Below, in pieces: positions 30,751 through 40,166 of a stretch of 64,000 nt of DNA; the first letter of the stretch is position 1; the number at the start of each line of letters is the position of its first letter. Origin of the DNA: Candidatus Geohabitans tengchongensis (lineage in GTDB: Bacteria; Sysuimicrobiota; Sysuimicrobiia; Sysuimicrobiales; Humicultoraceae). Made by a program: the position numbers and the translations under genes. The stretch spans positions 22,339 through 86,338 of the forward strand of contig JAVKIH010000009.1 in NCBI GenBank assembly GCA_031459625.1, in the 5' to 3' direction. The notes below the pieces were generated by a model. It saw nothing but the letters and a program-made list of their open reading frames with translations. It did not search any database and was not told the DNA's origin.

Positions 30751-31917
30751 TTGCGTATCACTGAGGTAGCGATCTATCGCGTCGACCTCCCCCTGGCGGA
30801 GCCCTTCGAGCATGCGTCCTCAGGACTGGTTACCGCTCTGGAGGAGGTCGTCGCGGCGGTCCGCACAGATGCCGGGCTCACCGGGTACGGAGAGGTGCGG
30901 GGCAACTGCGGCTACGTGACTGGCGACGTCCCGGACAGGGTGGTCGCCGTCGCCGCCCATCTGGCGCCGTTGCTCCTGGGCCGCCCTGTGGAGGACCTGG
31001 CCCGGCTCCGGGCCGCTCTCGAGGATGCAGTCGTCGGCAACACGGCGGCCAAGGCCCTCCTCGACATCGCCCTCCACGACCTCCTGGCCCGCGCGCGGGG
31101 CATCTCCGTGGCGGAGCTGCTCGGGGGCCAGGTGCACGACCGGCTGCCCACCGACGTCAGCGTGCCTTTCGGCACGGTCGAGGCTGCGGCAGACCAGGCT
31201 CGCCGGGCGGTCCGCGAAGGGTACCGCACGATCAAAGTGCGCGTCGGCGGGCCGACCGCGGTCGACGAGGCCCGGCTGGCGGCGGTCCGGGAAGCCGTCG
31301 ACGCAGCAGACGGCCCGGAAGTCGCGGTCGCGGTCGACGCTAACGGGGCGCTGGAGGCCAAGGAGGCCGTACGCCGCCTGCGGCGGTGGGAGCGGTATGG
31401 GCTGGGGTGGATCGAGCAGCCGGTCCCTGCGTGGGATATCCGGGGGCTGCGGTACGTGCGCGAACATACCGACATCCCGGTCATGGCCGACGAGTCCGTC
31501 CTCGGGCCCCGGGAGGTGCTGGCGCTGGTCCGGGAGCAGGCGGTCGACATGCTGCACTTCAAGCTGGTGAAGGCGGGAGGGTTCGTGCCCGTCCGCCGCA
31601 TGATGGCGATCGCCGAGGCCGCCGAGATCCCTTACATGGTCGGGCAGATGGACGAGGGCATGGTGGCGACGGCAGCGGCGGTCCAGTGCGCTGCAGCCTC
31701 CCGGGCCGCCTTCTTCGAGGTGCACGGGCACCAACGCGTCGCGATGCAGCCCTTCTCGGGCATCCAGGTCGCTGGCGGCGCCGTCATCGTCCCGCGGGGC
31801 CCGGGCCTCGCGGTGGACGTGGACGAGCGCGCGCTGAAGCTCGTCTTCCTCGTCAGGGCGGACGACGTACGCGGAGGGGTCTCGTCGGGCGGGACGTCGT
31901 CAGGGTCGGCCGGATGA
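30751..31917 (+). CDS. Mandelate racemase/muconate lactonizing enzyme family protein
   Basis: GYGE, LDIALHDL, VDAN, IEQP, ADES, PRGPGL; KxK motif reads KVR. Confidence 0.9.
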   Translation: MRITEVAIYRVDLPLAEPFEHASSGLVTALEEVVAAVRTDAGLTGYGEVRGNCGYVTGDVPDRVVAVAAHLAPLLLGRPVEDLARLRAALEDAVVGNTAAKALLDIALHDLLARARGISVAELLGGQVHDRLPTDVSVPFGTVEAAADQARRAVREGYRTIKVRVGGPTAVDEARLAAVREAVDAADGPEVAVAVDANGALEAKEAVRRLRRWERYGLGWIEQPVPAWDIRGLRYVREHTDIPVMADESVLGPREVLALVREQAVDMLHFKLVKAGGFVPVRRMMAIAEAAEIPYMVGQMDEGMVATAAAVQCAAASRAAFFEVHGHQRVAMQPFSGIQVAGGAVIVPRGPGLAVDVDERALKLVFLVRADDVRGGVSSGGTSSGSAG

Positions 31918-32792
31918 GCCGCCGAGAGGTCCGACTGCTCCCCGTCCTGGACACCGACCCGCCCGGCTACAACGCCGTGGTCTCGGGTCGCGTAGCGGCA
32001 GACGACGTGGCGGGTCCGGGCGTGCTGTCGGATCGGCTGGTCGAGACCAAACGGGCGCTTGAGGCCTTTCTGGAGATCACCGGAGGCCGCGGTGTCGTGA
32101 ACGTCCACACGAGCCCGTTCTTCCGCTTGACGTTCCTGACCGAACCGTTCCTGGCCCTCTGGCACATGGCCAGCGCCGGCGGCTGTGACATCGCCCTGCA
32201 CGCGCACGAGGACCGGCCCGGAGGCCGTACCTGGTTCCACGACCGGGTGCACGTGGCCCGCGTGCTCGCGGAGGGCTCGGCGAAGCTGCGGGAGGCGGGC
32301 CTGACCGTGCGCGCCTTCCGGAGCGGCTACTGCGCCTTCTCGACCCACCTCATCCCCGTCCTCGAGGCGAATGGGATCGACGTGGACCTGTCGGCTGCCC
32401 CCGGCATCGTCAACCCCGAGCGGGACGTGGACTGGCTCGGAGGCCCCACGACGGCTCAGTGGCTCGACGCGCGGGATTACAGGACGGCGCCGCCCCGCGA
32501 GCCTAGCCGGGTCCTGACGGTCCCCATCGGATGGGACGGATGGCCCGGAGGGTACGCCGGCCACTACCTTTTCAACGAGGTGAACACAGAGGCCGACCTC
32601 GCGCGCGTGTATCACGAGATCCGTCGCCGCGCCGAGCGCGAGGGACGGCCGCAGACGGTCCTGTTCCTCTGCCACGCCTATGGTCTGTGCCACGCGGCAT
32701 GGCGTGCACAGGCCGACCGCTTCCTGTCGGCCGTGCGCGACGACCTGGTGGGCGTGGAGGATGTTAGAGCCGCAGTTGGGGAGGACGGGTGA
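31914..32792 (+). CDS. Polysaccharide deacetylase (NodB-fold)-like protein
   Basis: LDTD, DIALHAH, AFRSGY, FLCH motifs; ATGA overlap. Confidence 0.6.
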   Translation: MSRREVRLLPVLDTDPPGYNAVVSGRVAADDVAGPGVLSDRLVETKRALEAFLEITGGRGVVNVHTSPFFRLTFLTEPFLALWHMASAGGCDIALHAHEDRPGGRTWFHDRVHVARVLAEGSAKLREAGLTVRAFRSGYCAFSTHLIPVLEANGIDVDLSAAPGIVNPERDVDWLGGPTTAQWLDARDYRTAPPREPSRVLTVPIGWDGWPGGYAGHYLFNEVNTEADLARVYHEIRRRAEREGRPQTVLFLCHAYGLCHAAWRAQADRFLSAVRDDLVGVEDVRAAVGEDG

Positions 32793-33601
32793 GGATGGAC
32801 CGGCGCGCCACCGAGCCTGCCCTGGAGGGCAAGGTCGCCCTGGTCACAGCGTCCACCGACGGGCTCGGCTTTGCCTGCGCGCTGCGGCTGGCCGAGGCCG
32901 GGTGCGCCGTCGCCGTCTGCGGTCGCCGCGAGGACCGGGTTGAGGCGGCCCGGGCGGCCATTGCGGAACGGAGCGGGAAAGCCGTAGTGGGGGTCGCCGC
33001 CGACCTGCGGCATGCAGACGACATCGACCGCCTCTTCCGGCGGACCCTCCAGGCACTGGAGCGGCTGGACATTCTCGTGGTGAACAGCGGCCATGTCCCA
33101 TACGGGGGGCTGGAGTCGCACCCCGACGAGACGTGGCAGGAGGCCTTCGAGCTGCTGCTGCTGAGCGCGGTGCGGCTGGCCCGGCTGGCCGTGCCCGTGA
33201 TGCGATCACAAGGCGGCGGCGACATCGTGTTCCTCACGTCGTCCGTGGTGAAGGAGCCGAAGCCTCACCTGTTACTTTCTAGCGTGATGCGGACCGGGGT
33301 CGCGGCTCTGGCCAAGACCCTCTCCCGTGCGCTCGCCCCCGATAACATCCGCGTGAACACGGTGGCTCCGGGCTACTTTGACACGGGCCGGATCCGTGCC
33401 CGCCTCGAGGAGTTGCGCACGACGCAGGCGCTCGGGTCGGAGGAGGCGCTGCGGCGGGTCGCCGGCGAGATCCCTCAGGGGCGGCCGGGGGACCCGCGCG
33501 AGCTGGCCGAGCTGGTGGCCTTTCTGGTGAGCCGGCGGACCGCCTTCCTGACGGGGGCCACGATCGTTGTGGACGGCGGCGCCAGTCGCGCCCTGCTTTG
33601 A
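32789..33601 (+). CDS. SDR family oxidoreductase (atypical, FabG-like subgroup)
   Basis: VTASTDGLG, ILVVNSG, VNTVAPG, VDGG; YxxxK replaced by SSVMR. Confidence 0.88.
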   Translation: MRMDRRATEPALEGKVALVTASTDGLGFACALRLAEAGCAVAVCGRREDRVEAARAAIAERSGKAVVGVAADLRHADDIDRLFRRTLQALERLDILVVNSGHVPYGGLESHPDETWQEAFELLLLSAVRLARLAVPVMRSQGGGDIVFLTSSVVKEPKPHLLLSSVMRTGVAALAKTLSRALAPDNIRVNTVAPGYFDTGRIRARLEELRTTQALGSEEALRRVAGEIPQGRPGDPRELAELVAFLVSRRTAFLTGATIVVDGGASRALL

Positions 33602-33637
33602 TGGCATCTCAGTCAAGGACTACGGAAGGGATCGGCT

Positions 33638-33682
33638 GGGCATAGTAGAAAGTATCAATTTGCCATGATACATGATACTCAA
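33638..33682 (+). promoter_or_regulatory. AT-rich regulatory element, copy 2 (upstream of DpsA-like operon)
   Basis: gggcatagtagaaagtatcaatttgccatgatacatgatactcaa; contains inverted GTATCA-N8-TGATAC and tandem ATGATAC x2. Confidence 0.75.
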
Positions 33683-33876
33683 TCCGAAGCGCTGGAGGGG
33701 AAATGAGGAAGAACCGTCCAGGCGACGCCATGGGGACCGGGACGGGACAGGCTCCAGAGGGGCTAGGGGTCGCCTGGAGGCAAGGATCGCTTGGGGGCTG
33801 TTCACGCCATTCCCCATGCTCTTTGCGATGACGACTGAAGCCTGGGCCTCGGGGGCCTCGGCCGGAGGGGGAGAGG

Positions 33877-34779
33877 ATGAGCGGGGAGCTGGCCGGCTGG
33901 GTCGTGGCCGTCCTGGGCGGCGACCGCCGGATGCTCGAGCACATGCGCCAGGCCCGCGCCGCCGGGGCCACCGTCCAGCACTACGGGGCGGCCCCCGGCG
34001 CGGAGGAGGCGGCCGGCGCGCCGGAGGCGCCGTCGCTGGCCGCGGCGGTGCGCGGGGCGCGCCTCATCTCCTGCCCCATCCCCGGGCTCGGGACCGACCA
34101 CAGCCTCTACGCGCCCTTCGCCCGCGAGAAGCTCTTCCTCACCACCGAGGTCCTGCGCGGCGCGGCGCCGGGGGCGCTGATGTTCATGGGGCGGGTGAGC
34201 CCGCAGATCGCCGCCTGGGCGGAAGGCACCCCGGTCACCCCCATCGGATACGGGGACGACGACCCGCTCGCCATCATGCACGCGGTACCCACGGCCGAAG
34301 GGGCGCTCAAGGAGGCCATCACCCACACCGAGGAGACGATCCTCGGCCTGCCCACGCTGTGCATCGGCATGGGCCGCGTGGGGATGAGCGTGGCCCGGGC
34401 TTTCCGCGCGCTGGAGGCCCAGGTCACGCTGGCCGCGCGCAACCCCTCGCAGCTCGCCCGGGCCTGGGCCATGGGCCTGGCGACGGTGCACCTGCGGGAG
34501 CTGCCGCAGGTCATCGAGCGCTTTCCGCTGATCGTCAGCTCCGCCTCGGGGCTCGTCCTGACGGGCGACCTGCTGGCCCGGACCCGACCCGACGTCGTGA
34601 TCATCGACCTCTGCTCCCCGCCGGGGAGCGTGGACTTCGCCGCCGCCGCCGACCTGGGCCGCAAGGTGATCTGGGCGCGCGGGCAGGCCGGCACCGCCCC
34701 CCGGACCTCCGGCTACAACGAGTGGCAGGTGATCATGCGCCTGCTGCGCGAGCGCGTCCCGGACCTGCGCCGGAGCTGA
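33877..34779 (+). CDS. Dipicolinate synthase subunit A (DpsA/SpoVFA)-like NAD(P)-binding protein
   Basis: VAVLGGDRR, AVPTAEGAL..AI.HTEETI.G, GMGRVGMSVAR, IIDLCSPPGSVDF, APRTSG match DpsA patterns. Confidence 0.85.
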   Translation: MSGELAGWVVAVLGGDRRMLEHMRQARAAGATVQHYGAAPGAEEAAGAPEAPSLAAAVRGARLISCPIPGLGTDHSLYAPFAREKLFLTTEVLRGAAPGALMFMGRVSPQIAAWAEGTPVTPIGYGDDDPLAIMHAVPTAEGALKEAITHTEETILGLPTLCIGMGRVGMSVARAFRALEAQVTLAARNPSQLARAWAMGLATVHLRELPQVIERFPLIVSSASGLVLTGDLLARTRPDVVIIDLCSPPGSVDFAAAADLGRKVIWARGQAGTAPRTSGYNEWQVIMRLLRERVPDLRRS

Positions 34780-34782
34780 GGC

Positions 34783-35631
34783 GTGGCGACGCTTCCCCAG
34801 CCTCGAGCGGAGGCGGCGCCGGTGGCCGCGCCGGCCGTCCTGGCGGCGCGCGGGGTCTACAAGATCTTCGTCTCCGGCCGGCCCCGGCGGGCCATCACGG
34901 CCCTGCGCGACATCAGCCTGGAGGTCCGGGCGGGGGAGTTCCTGGCCCTCATCGGCCCGTCGGGGTGCGGCAAGTCCACCCTGCTCAACATGTTCGCCGG
35001 GCTGGTGACCCCCACCGACGGGGCCGTCCTGCACGACGGCCGCCCCGTCCGCGGGGTGAACACCCGGGTAGGGTACGTCACCCAGGACGACAACCTCCTC
35101 CCCTGGCGCACGGCCCTGGCCAACGTGGAGATCGCCCTCGAGCTCAAGGGGGTGCCGCCGGCGGAGCGGCGCGCCCGCGCCCTGGCCGGGCTGGCGCGCG
35201 TCGGCCTGCGCGGCTTCGAGCACCACTACCCCCACGAGCTGTCGGGGGGGATGCGCAAGCGGGTCTCCATCGTGCGGACCATCGTCGACGAGACCGTGAA
35301 CGTCGTGCTGATGGACGAGCCCTTCGGCCCGCTGGACGCGCAGACGCGCCTGGTGCTGCAGGACGAGCTGCTGCAGCTCTGGCAGGGCAGCGGGCGCACG
35401 GTCGTCTTCGTCACCCACGACCTCGTCGAGGCCATCGCGCTCGCCGACCGGATCGCCATCTTCACGCGCGCCCCGGGGACGATCAAGGCCGTCCGCCCGG
35501 TCCCGATCCCGCGTCCGCGCGACGTCTTCCACATTCACGAGGCTCCCGGGTTCGCGCCGGTCTACGACGCTATCTGGGAGGACCTGCGGGAGGAGATCAC
35601 GGGGCGGCGGCCGGGAGATGGAGATGGCTGA
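34783..35631 (+). CDS. Nitrate/sulfonate-type ABC ATP-binding protein
   Basis: GPSGCGKST, LLPWRT, YPHELSGGMRKR, LMDEPFG, FVTHDL. Confidence 0.93.
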   Translation: MATLPQPRAEAAPVAAPAVLAARGVYKIFVSGRPRRAITALRDISLEVRAGEFLALIGPSGCGKSTLLNMFAGLVTPTDGAVLHDGRPVRGVNTRVGYVTQDDNLLPWRTALANVEIALELKGVPPAERRARALAGLARVGLRGFEHHYPHELSGGMRKRVSIVRTIVDETVNVVLMDEPFGPLDAQTRLVLQDELLQLWQGSGRTVVFVTHDLVEAIALADRIAIFTRAPGTIKAVRPVPIPRPRDVFHIHEAPGFAPVYDAIWEDLREEITGRRPGDGDG

Positions 35632-36499
35632 GGGCGTCCTGCGCCCGGGGTGGGAGGGGGCCGTGCCCCGCGAGGAGGCGCTCGCCCGGCAGGAGGTGTA
35701 CCGGGCCGCGCGCGGGGAGCAGCGAGAGACGCTCCTCGTCCTCCTCTGGCAGGCCGGCCTGCTCGCGGCGCTGCTGCTGGGGTGGGGGCTGGCCTCGGGA
35801 CGCGTCCTGGACCGCCTCTTCCTCAGCGACCCCCTGGCCGTGGGGAGGGCCTTCTGGCGGGTGCTCCTGGACGGCACGCTGTGGTTCCACCTCCGGTTCA
35901 CCCTCCTCGAGACGCTCCTCGGCTACGTGGGCGGGGCCGTCGCGGGCCTGGTGGCAGCCGGCCTGGTCGTACTGGTCCCGGGACTGGAGCCTCTCCTCCG
36001 CCCCTTCGTGGTCGTGGCCTACGCGGTGCCGAAGGTGGCCCTGGCGCCGCTGATGATCCTCTGGTTCGGCATCGGCGTCCTGCCGAAGGTCCTGCTGGCC
36101 GGGACCTTCGTCGCCTTCCTGCTCTTCCTCAACACGCTGGCGGGGGCTGGAGGGGTCAGCCCCGACCTGGTGGCCGTGGTGCGGGTGATGGGGGCGTCGC
36201 GGCTCGCCGTCCTCCGCCGGGTCGTCCTGCCGGGCGCGACCCCGTTCGTGCTGGCGGCGCTGCGATTGGCCATCCCCGCCGCGCTCATCGGCGCTATCGT
36301 CGGGGAGTTCATCAGCAGCAACCGCGGCGTGGGCTACCTGATCAACGCGGCGAGCTCGCGCTACCGCACGGCCGAGGTCTTCGCCGGCATCGTCGGGCTC
36401 CTGCTGGTGGTCCTGGCCATGAACGCGGCGGTCTCGGCGGTGGAGCGCCGCGCCCTGCGCTGGGTGCCGCGCGGCCGGGACCCGCTGGGGGTGCGGTGA
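35618..36499 (+). CDS. Nitrate/sulfonate-type ABC permease
   Basis: PKVALAPL..LWFGIG, MGAS, GAIVGEF, GVGYLI. Confidence 0.9.
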   Translation: MEMAEGVLRPGWEGAVPREEALARQEVYRAARGEQRETLLVLLWQAGLLAALLLGWGLASGRVLDRLFLSDPLAVGRAFWRVLLDGTLWFHLRFTLLETLLGYVGGAVAGLVAAGLVVLVPGLEPLLRPFVVVAYAVPKVALAPLMILWFGIGVLPKVLLAGTFVAFLLFLNTLAGAGGVSPDLVAVVRVMGASRLAVLRRVVLPGATPFVLAALRLAIPAALIGAIVGEFISSNRGVGYLINAASSRYRTAEVFAGIVGLLLVVLAMNAAVSAVERRALRWVPRGRDPLGVR

Positions 36500-37137
36500 T
36501 GGCGATCCTCACTGCGCTGGCGGAGGTGCTGGCGCCGCAGCGCTGCGCCCTCCTCGTCGTCGACGTCCAGCGCGACTTCGTCCACCCGGCAGGGTGGAGC
36601 GCGCGGCGCGACCCGCAGGCGGCGGCCCTCCGCGACGTCGTGCCGGTCATCAATGCCCTGGTGCGGGGCGCCCGGCGCGCCGCGGTCCCCGTGGTCTACG
36701 TGACCATGGAGCACGGCCCGGAGGTGGACGCGCCCAACTACCAGGCCCGCTACGCCCGGCGAGGCATGACCGACGAGATCCTCTGCGCCCGGGGGAGCTG
36801 GGGCGCCGCCCTGGACGACACCCTGCTGCCCCCCGAGCCGGGAGACCTGCGCGTGGTCCGCCACACCTACGACGCCTTCGCCCGCACGTCCCTCCACGAC
36901 CTCCTGCAGGCGCGCGGGGTGGAGACCGTGGTGGGGACCGGCGTGGTGACCGACCTGTGCGTCCGCACGACGCTCGAGCACGCCTTTGCCCTCGGGTACT
37001 ACGTCGTGGCGGTGGAGGACGCCACCGCCGCCGTGCCTCCCGAGGCCGCCCGGGCGGCGCTCGATCACCTGGCCCGGTTCGTCGGCGAGGTCGTCCCCGC
37101 CGCGACCGTGCTGGGGGTGTGGAGCCGGGAGGCCTAG
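36499..37137 (+). CDS. Isochorismatase family cysteine hydrolase (amidase)
   Basis: LLVVDVQRDF, GSWGA, TGVVTDLCVRTT, VEDAT. Confidence 0.9.
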   Translation: MAILTALAEVLAPQRCALLVVDVQRDFVHPAGWSARRDPQAAALRDVVPVINALVRGARRAAVPVVYVTMEHGPEVDAPNYQARYARRGMTDEILCARGSWGAALDDTLLPPEPGDLRVVRHTYDAFARTSLHDLLQARGVETVVGTGVVTDLCVRTTLEHAFALGYYVVAVEDATAAVPPEAARAALDHLARFVGEVVPAATVLGVWSREA

Positions 37138-37139
37138 CC

Positions 37140-38288
37140 GTGGACCCCCGCCACCCCCCGGCGGTGCCGCTGGCCGAGTACCGCAACCGCGTGGAGGCGC
37201 TGCGGGCGCGGCTGGCCGCGGTGGGGGTGGAGACGTTGCTGGTCTTCACCCCGGAGAACGTCTGCTACCTCACCGGCTACGAGACCATCGGCTACGCCTC
37301 GTTCCAGGCGCTGGTGGTGCGGCCCGAGGCCCTCCTCCTGTTCGTGCGTGAGATGGAGCGCACGGTGGCGGAGACGACCACCTGGCTCGACGACTTCGCC
37401 ACCTACGCCGACACCGAGGACCCGGCGACCGCCCTCCTGGCCCTGCTCGACCGCCGGGGTTGGCGGCACGGCCGGGTGGCCGTCGAGCTGGCCACCTGGT
37501 TCGCGACCCCCGCGCTCGTGGACCGGCTGCGCGCCGGCCTGGACGAGCCGGTGGACGGGAGCGGGCTGGTGGAGGAGGGGCGCCGCGTCAAGTCACCGGC
37601 GGAGGTGAGCTTGATCCGCCAGGCGTGCCGCATCACCGAGGCCGGCATGGCGGCGGCCCTGGAGGCGGTGCGGCCCGGCGTCACGGAGCAGGCGGTGGCG
37701 AAGGCCGCCTACGGAGCGATGATGGACGCCGGCAGCGACTTCCTCGTGGGCGACCCCATCGTCACCTCGGGGTGGCGCTCGGGCGTGGCCCACACCACCT
37801 TCGGCGGGCGCACCCTGGAGCCGGGAGACACCGTGCTCCTCGAACTGGGCGGGTGCCGGCGGCGGTACTTCGGCCCCCTCATGCGCAGCGCCGCCCTCCC
37901 GCCGGTGCGCCCGGAGGTCCGCCGGATGGCCCGCGCCCTCCGGCAGGCGCTGGAGGCGGCGATCGCCGCGATCCGTCCGGGCGCGACCTGCGGGGACGTG
38001 GACCGGGCCTGTCGGGACGTGCTCGCCGACGCCGGCTACGCCGACCTCTTCCGCAAGCGCACGGGCTACTCCGTAGGCGTGGCCTTCGCGCCCGACTGGG
38101 GGGAGGGGCACATCCTCTCCCTGCGCCCTGACGACCCCACCCCCCTGGAGCCCGGCATGGTCTTCCACATCCCTCCGGCGCTGCGCGTCCCGGGGGAGTT
38201 CGGGCTGGGGTGCAGCGAGACCGTGCTCGTGACCGCCGAGGGGGCGGAGGTCCTCACCGCCTTCCCCCGGGACCCCTACGTCCCGTGA
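37140..38288 (+). CDS. M24-fold hydrolase, creatinase/ectoine hydrolase (DoeA)-like
   Basis: YLTGY, VKSPAE, LELGGCRRRYFGPLMRS, RTGYSVG, GMVFH, SETV; canonical D-D-H-E metal ligands not retained. Confidence 0.85.
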   Translation: MDPRHPPAVPLAEYRNRVEALRARLAAVGVETLLVFTPENVCYLTGYETIGYASFQALVVRPEALLLFVREMERTVAETTTWLDDFATYADTEDPATALLALLDRRGWRHGRVAVELATWFATPALVDRLRAGLDEPVDGSGLVEEGRRVKSPAEVSLIRQACRITEAGMAAALEAVRPGVTEQAVAKAAYGAMMDAGSDFLVGDPIVTSGWRSGVAHTTFGGRTLEPGDTVLLELGGCRRRYFGPLMRSAALPPVRPEVRRMARALRQALEAAIAAIRPGATCGDVDRACRDVLADAGYADLFRKRTGYSVGVAFAPDWGEGHILSLRPDDPTPLEPGMVFHIPPALRVPGEFGLGCSETVLVTAEGAEVLTAFPRDPYVP

Positions 38289-39484
38289 TGCGCCCGCTCG
38301 CCGCCGTCGCCGCCACCACCGCCTCCGCCACGGGCGCGGTCGAGGACAAGGTCCGCCGCCTGCGGCGGTCGGGGCGGCCGGTGCTCAGCTTCGCCGAAGG
38401 GGAGCCCGACATCGTGACCCCGCCGGGGATCCGCCGCGCGGCGGTGCGGGCGCTGGAGGACGGGGCGACGCGCTACACCGATCCGGCGGGGACGCTGGAA
38501 CTGCGGGAAGCGATCGCCGCGCACCTGGCCCGGGGCGGCTGGGGGACGTACGCCGCCGACCAGATCGTCGTCACCGCGGGGGCCAAGGCGGCCATCTACA
38601 CGGCACTCGCGGTCCTGTGCGACCCCGGCGACGAGGTCCTCATCCCCACGCCCTGCTGGGTCTCCTTCCCCGAACAGGTGCGCCTCCTGCGCGCCCGCCC
38701 GGTGCTCGTGCCCAGCGACCGAGGTTTCCTGCCGGATGAGGGGGCGATCGCCGACGCCATCACGGACCGGACCAAGGTCCTCATCCTCAACACGCCGCAC
38801 AACCCCACCGGCGCCGTCTACCCGCCGGCGCAGGTCGACCGGCTCGTGCGCCTGTGCGCCGCCCGCGGCGTCTACACCCTCCTGGACGCGGTCTACACCT
38901 ACTTCACCTACCCGGAGCCGCAGGCTCCGCCGGCGCTGGAGCCGCGCGAGGCCGTCCTGCTGGTGGACTCCTTCTCCAAGACCTACGCCATGACGGGGTG
39001 GCGTCTGGGCTATGCGGCCGGCCCCCGGCGGGTCCTGCAGGCCATGGCGGCCTACCAGAGCCATAGCGCAGGCAACCCCAACGCCCCGGCGCAGGCCGCC
39101 GGGGTGTGGGCGCTCGCCCACGGCGACGACGGGGGTGCCCTGCGGGCCGCCTACCGCCGGCGCCGCGACCTCATCGTCGCCGGCCTGCAGCGCCTGCCCG
39201 GCATCGCCTGCCCGCTCCCCGACGGAGCCTTCTACGTCTTCCCGGACGTCCGGGGCGTCTACCCTCGCCTGCCGGCGGGCTACCCGCGGAGTGCCGCCGG
39301 CGTGGCGCGGTGGTGGCTGGAGGAGGCGGGGGTGGCCACGGTGCCGGGCGAGGCCTTCGCCTGGCCGGGGCACGTGCGCTTCTGCTACACCCCGCCGGAG
39401 GCGGTGATCGAGGAGGCCCTGGCCCGGCTGGCCGATCTCATGGACCGCCGCCCCATCGGGGCCAGCGGTGGAAAGGGGGCGTGA
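38288..39484 (+). CDS. PLP-dependent aminotransferase class I/II (AspC-like)
   Basis: GEPD, GAK, NTPHNPTG, DAVY, SFSKTYAMTGWRLG, GAFY. Confidence 0.93.
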   Translation: MRPLAAVAATTASATGAVEDKVRRLRRSGRPVLSFAEGEPDIVTPPGIRRAAVRALEDGATRYTDPAGTLELREAIAAHLARGGWGTYAADQIVVTAGAKAAIYTALAVLCDPGDEVLIPTPCWVSFPEQVRLLRARPVLVPSDRGFLPDEGAIADAITDRTKVLILNTPHNPTGAVYPPAQVDRLVRLCAARGVYTLLDAVYTYFTYPEPQAPPALEPREAVLLVDSFSKTYAMTGWRLGYAAGPRRVLQAMAAYQSHSAGNPNAPAQAAGVWALAHGDDGGALRAAYRRRRDLIVAGLQRLPGIACPLPDGAFYVFPDVRGVYPRLPAGYPRSAAGVARWWLEEAGVATVPGEAFAWPGHVRFCYTPPEAVIEEALARLADLMDRRPIGASGGKGA

Positions 39485-39491
39485 GGAGACC

Positions 39492-40166
39492 GTGCGCGAC
39501 GACGTGACCGTTCGCTACCGCACCGCCACCGAGCACGCCTTCATCACCCTGAAGCGGTGGATCACCGCCGGGGTGCTGGCGCCCGGGGCGAGCATCGATC
39601 AGGCGGAGCTGAGCCAGCGCCTGGGGATGAGCCGGGTGCCGGTGCGCACGGCGCTGGAGCGCTTGGCCAGCGAGGGGCTCGTGGCGCTGACGCCGCGCCG
39701 AGGTGCCGTGGTGATGCCGCTCTCCCTGCAGGAGATGTCCGACCTGTACGTCGTGCGCTGCCACCTGGAAGGCCTGGCCACGGAGCTGGCCGCCGACCGG
39801 CTCACCGAGGCGGACGTCGAGGCCCTGGCGCGCATCCTCGCCCAGACCGAGGAGGAGGTCCGGCGGGGCGACCTGGAGGCCTTCCTGGCCAGCAACCGGG
39901 CGTTCCACATGCGCATCTACGCCGCCAGCGGGAACGCCGTGCTGATCCGCGTGATCGGCGGGCTGTGGGACCTCAGCGAGCGCTACCGCCGGGCCTACCT
40001 GCAGCTCCCCGCGCGCGCGGAGGAGTCCACCGCCGAGCACCGCCACATCTTCGACCTCCTCCGGGCGCGCCGCGGGGTGGAGGCGGCGGCCTTCATGCGC
40101 GAGCACAACGCCAAGACCATGCGGGTGCTGGCCGAGTACTACGGGCGGGAGGGCGGGGGGGCATGA
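39492..40166 (+). CDS. GntR family transcriptional regulator (FCD type)
   Basis: ELSQRLGMSRVPVRTAL..L..EGLV, N..FH, EH motifs. Confidence 0.93.
   Translation: MRDDVTVRYRTATEHAFITLKRWITAGVLAPGASIDQAELSQRLGMSRVPVRTALERLASEGLVALTPRRGAVVMPLSLQEMSDLYVVRCHLEGLATELAADRLTEADVEALARILAQTEEEVRRGDLEAFLASNRAFHMRIYAASGNAVLIRVIGGLWDLSERYRRAYLQLPARAEESTAEHRHIFDLLRARRGVEAAAFMREHNAKTMRVLAEYYGREGGGA

Noticed and set aside
33877..34779. Evidence of endospore formation (spoVFA)
   Set aside because: No spoVFB or other sporulation gene in the window; context is catabolic.
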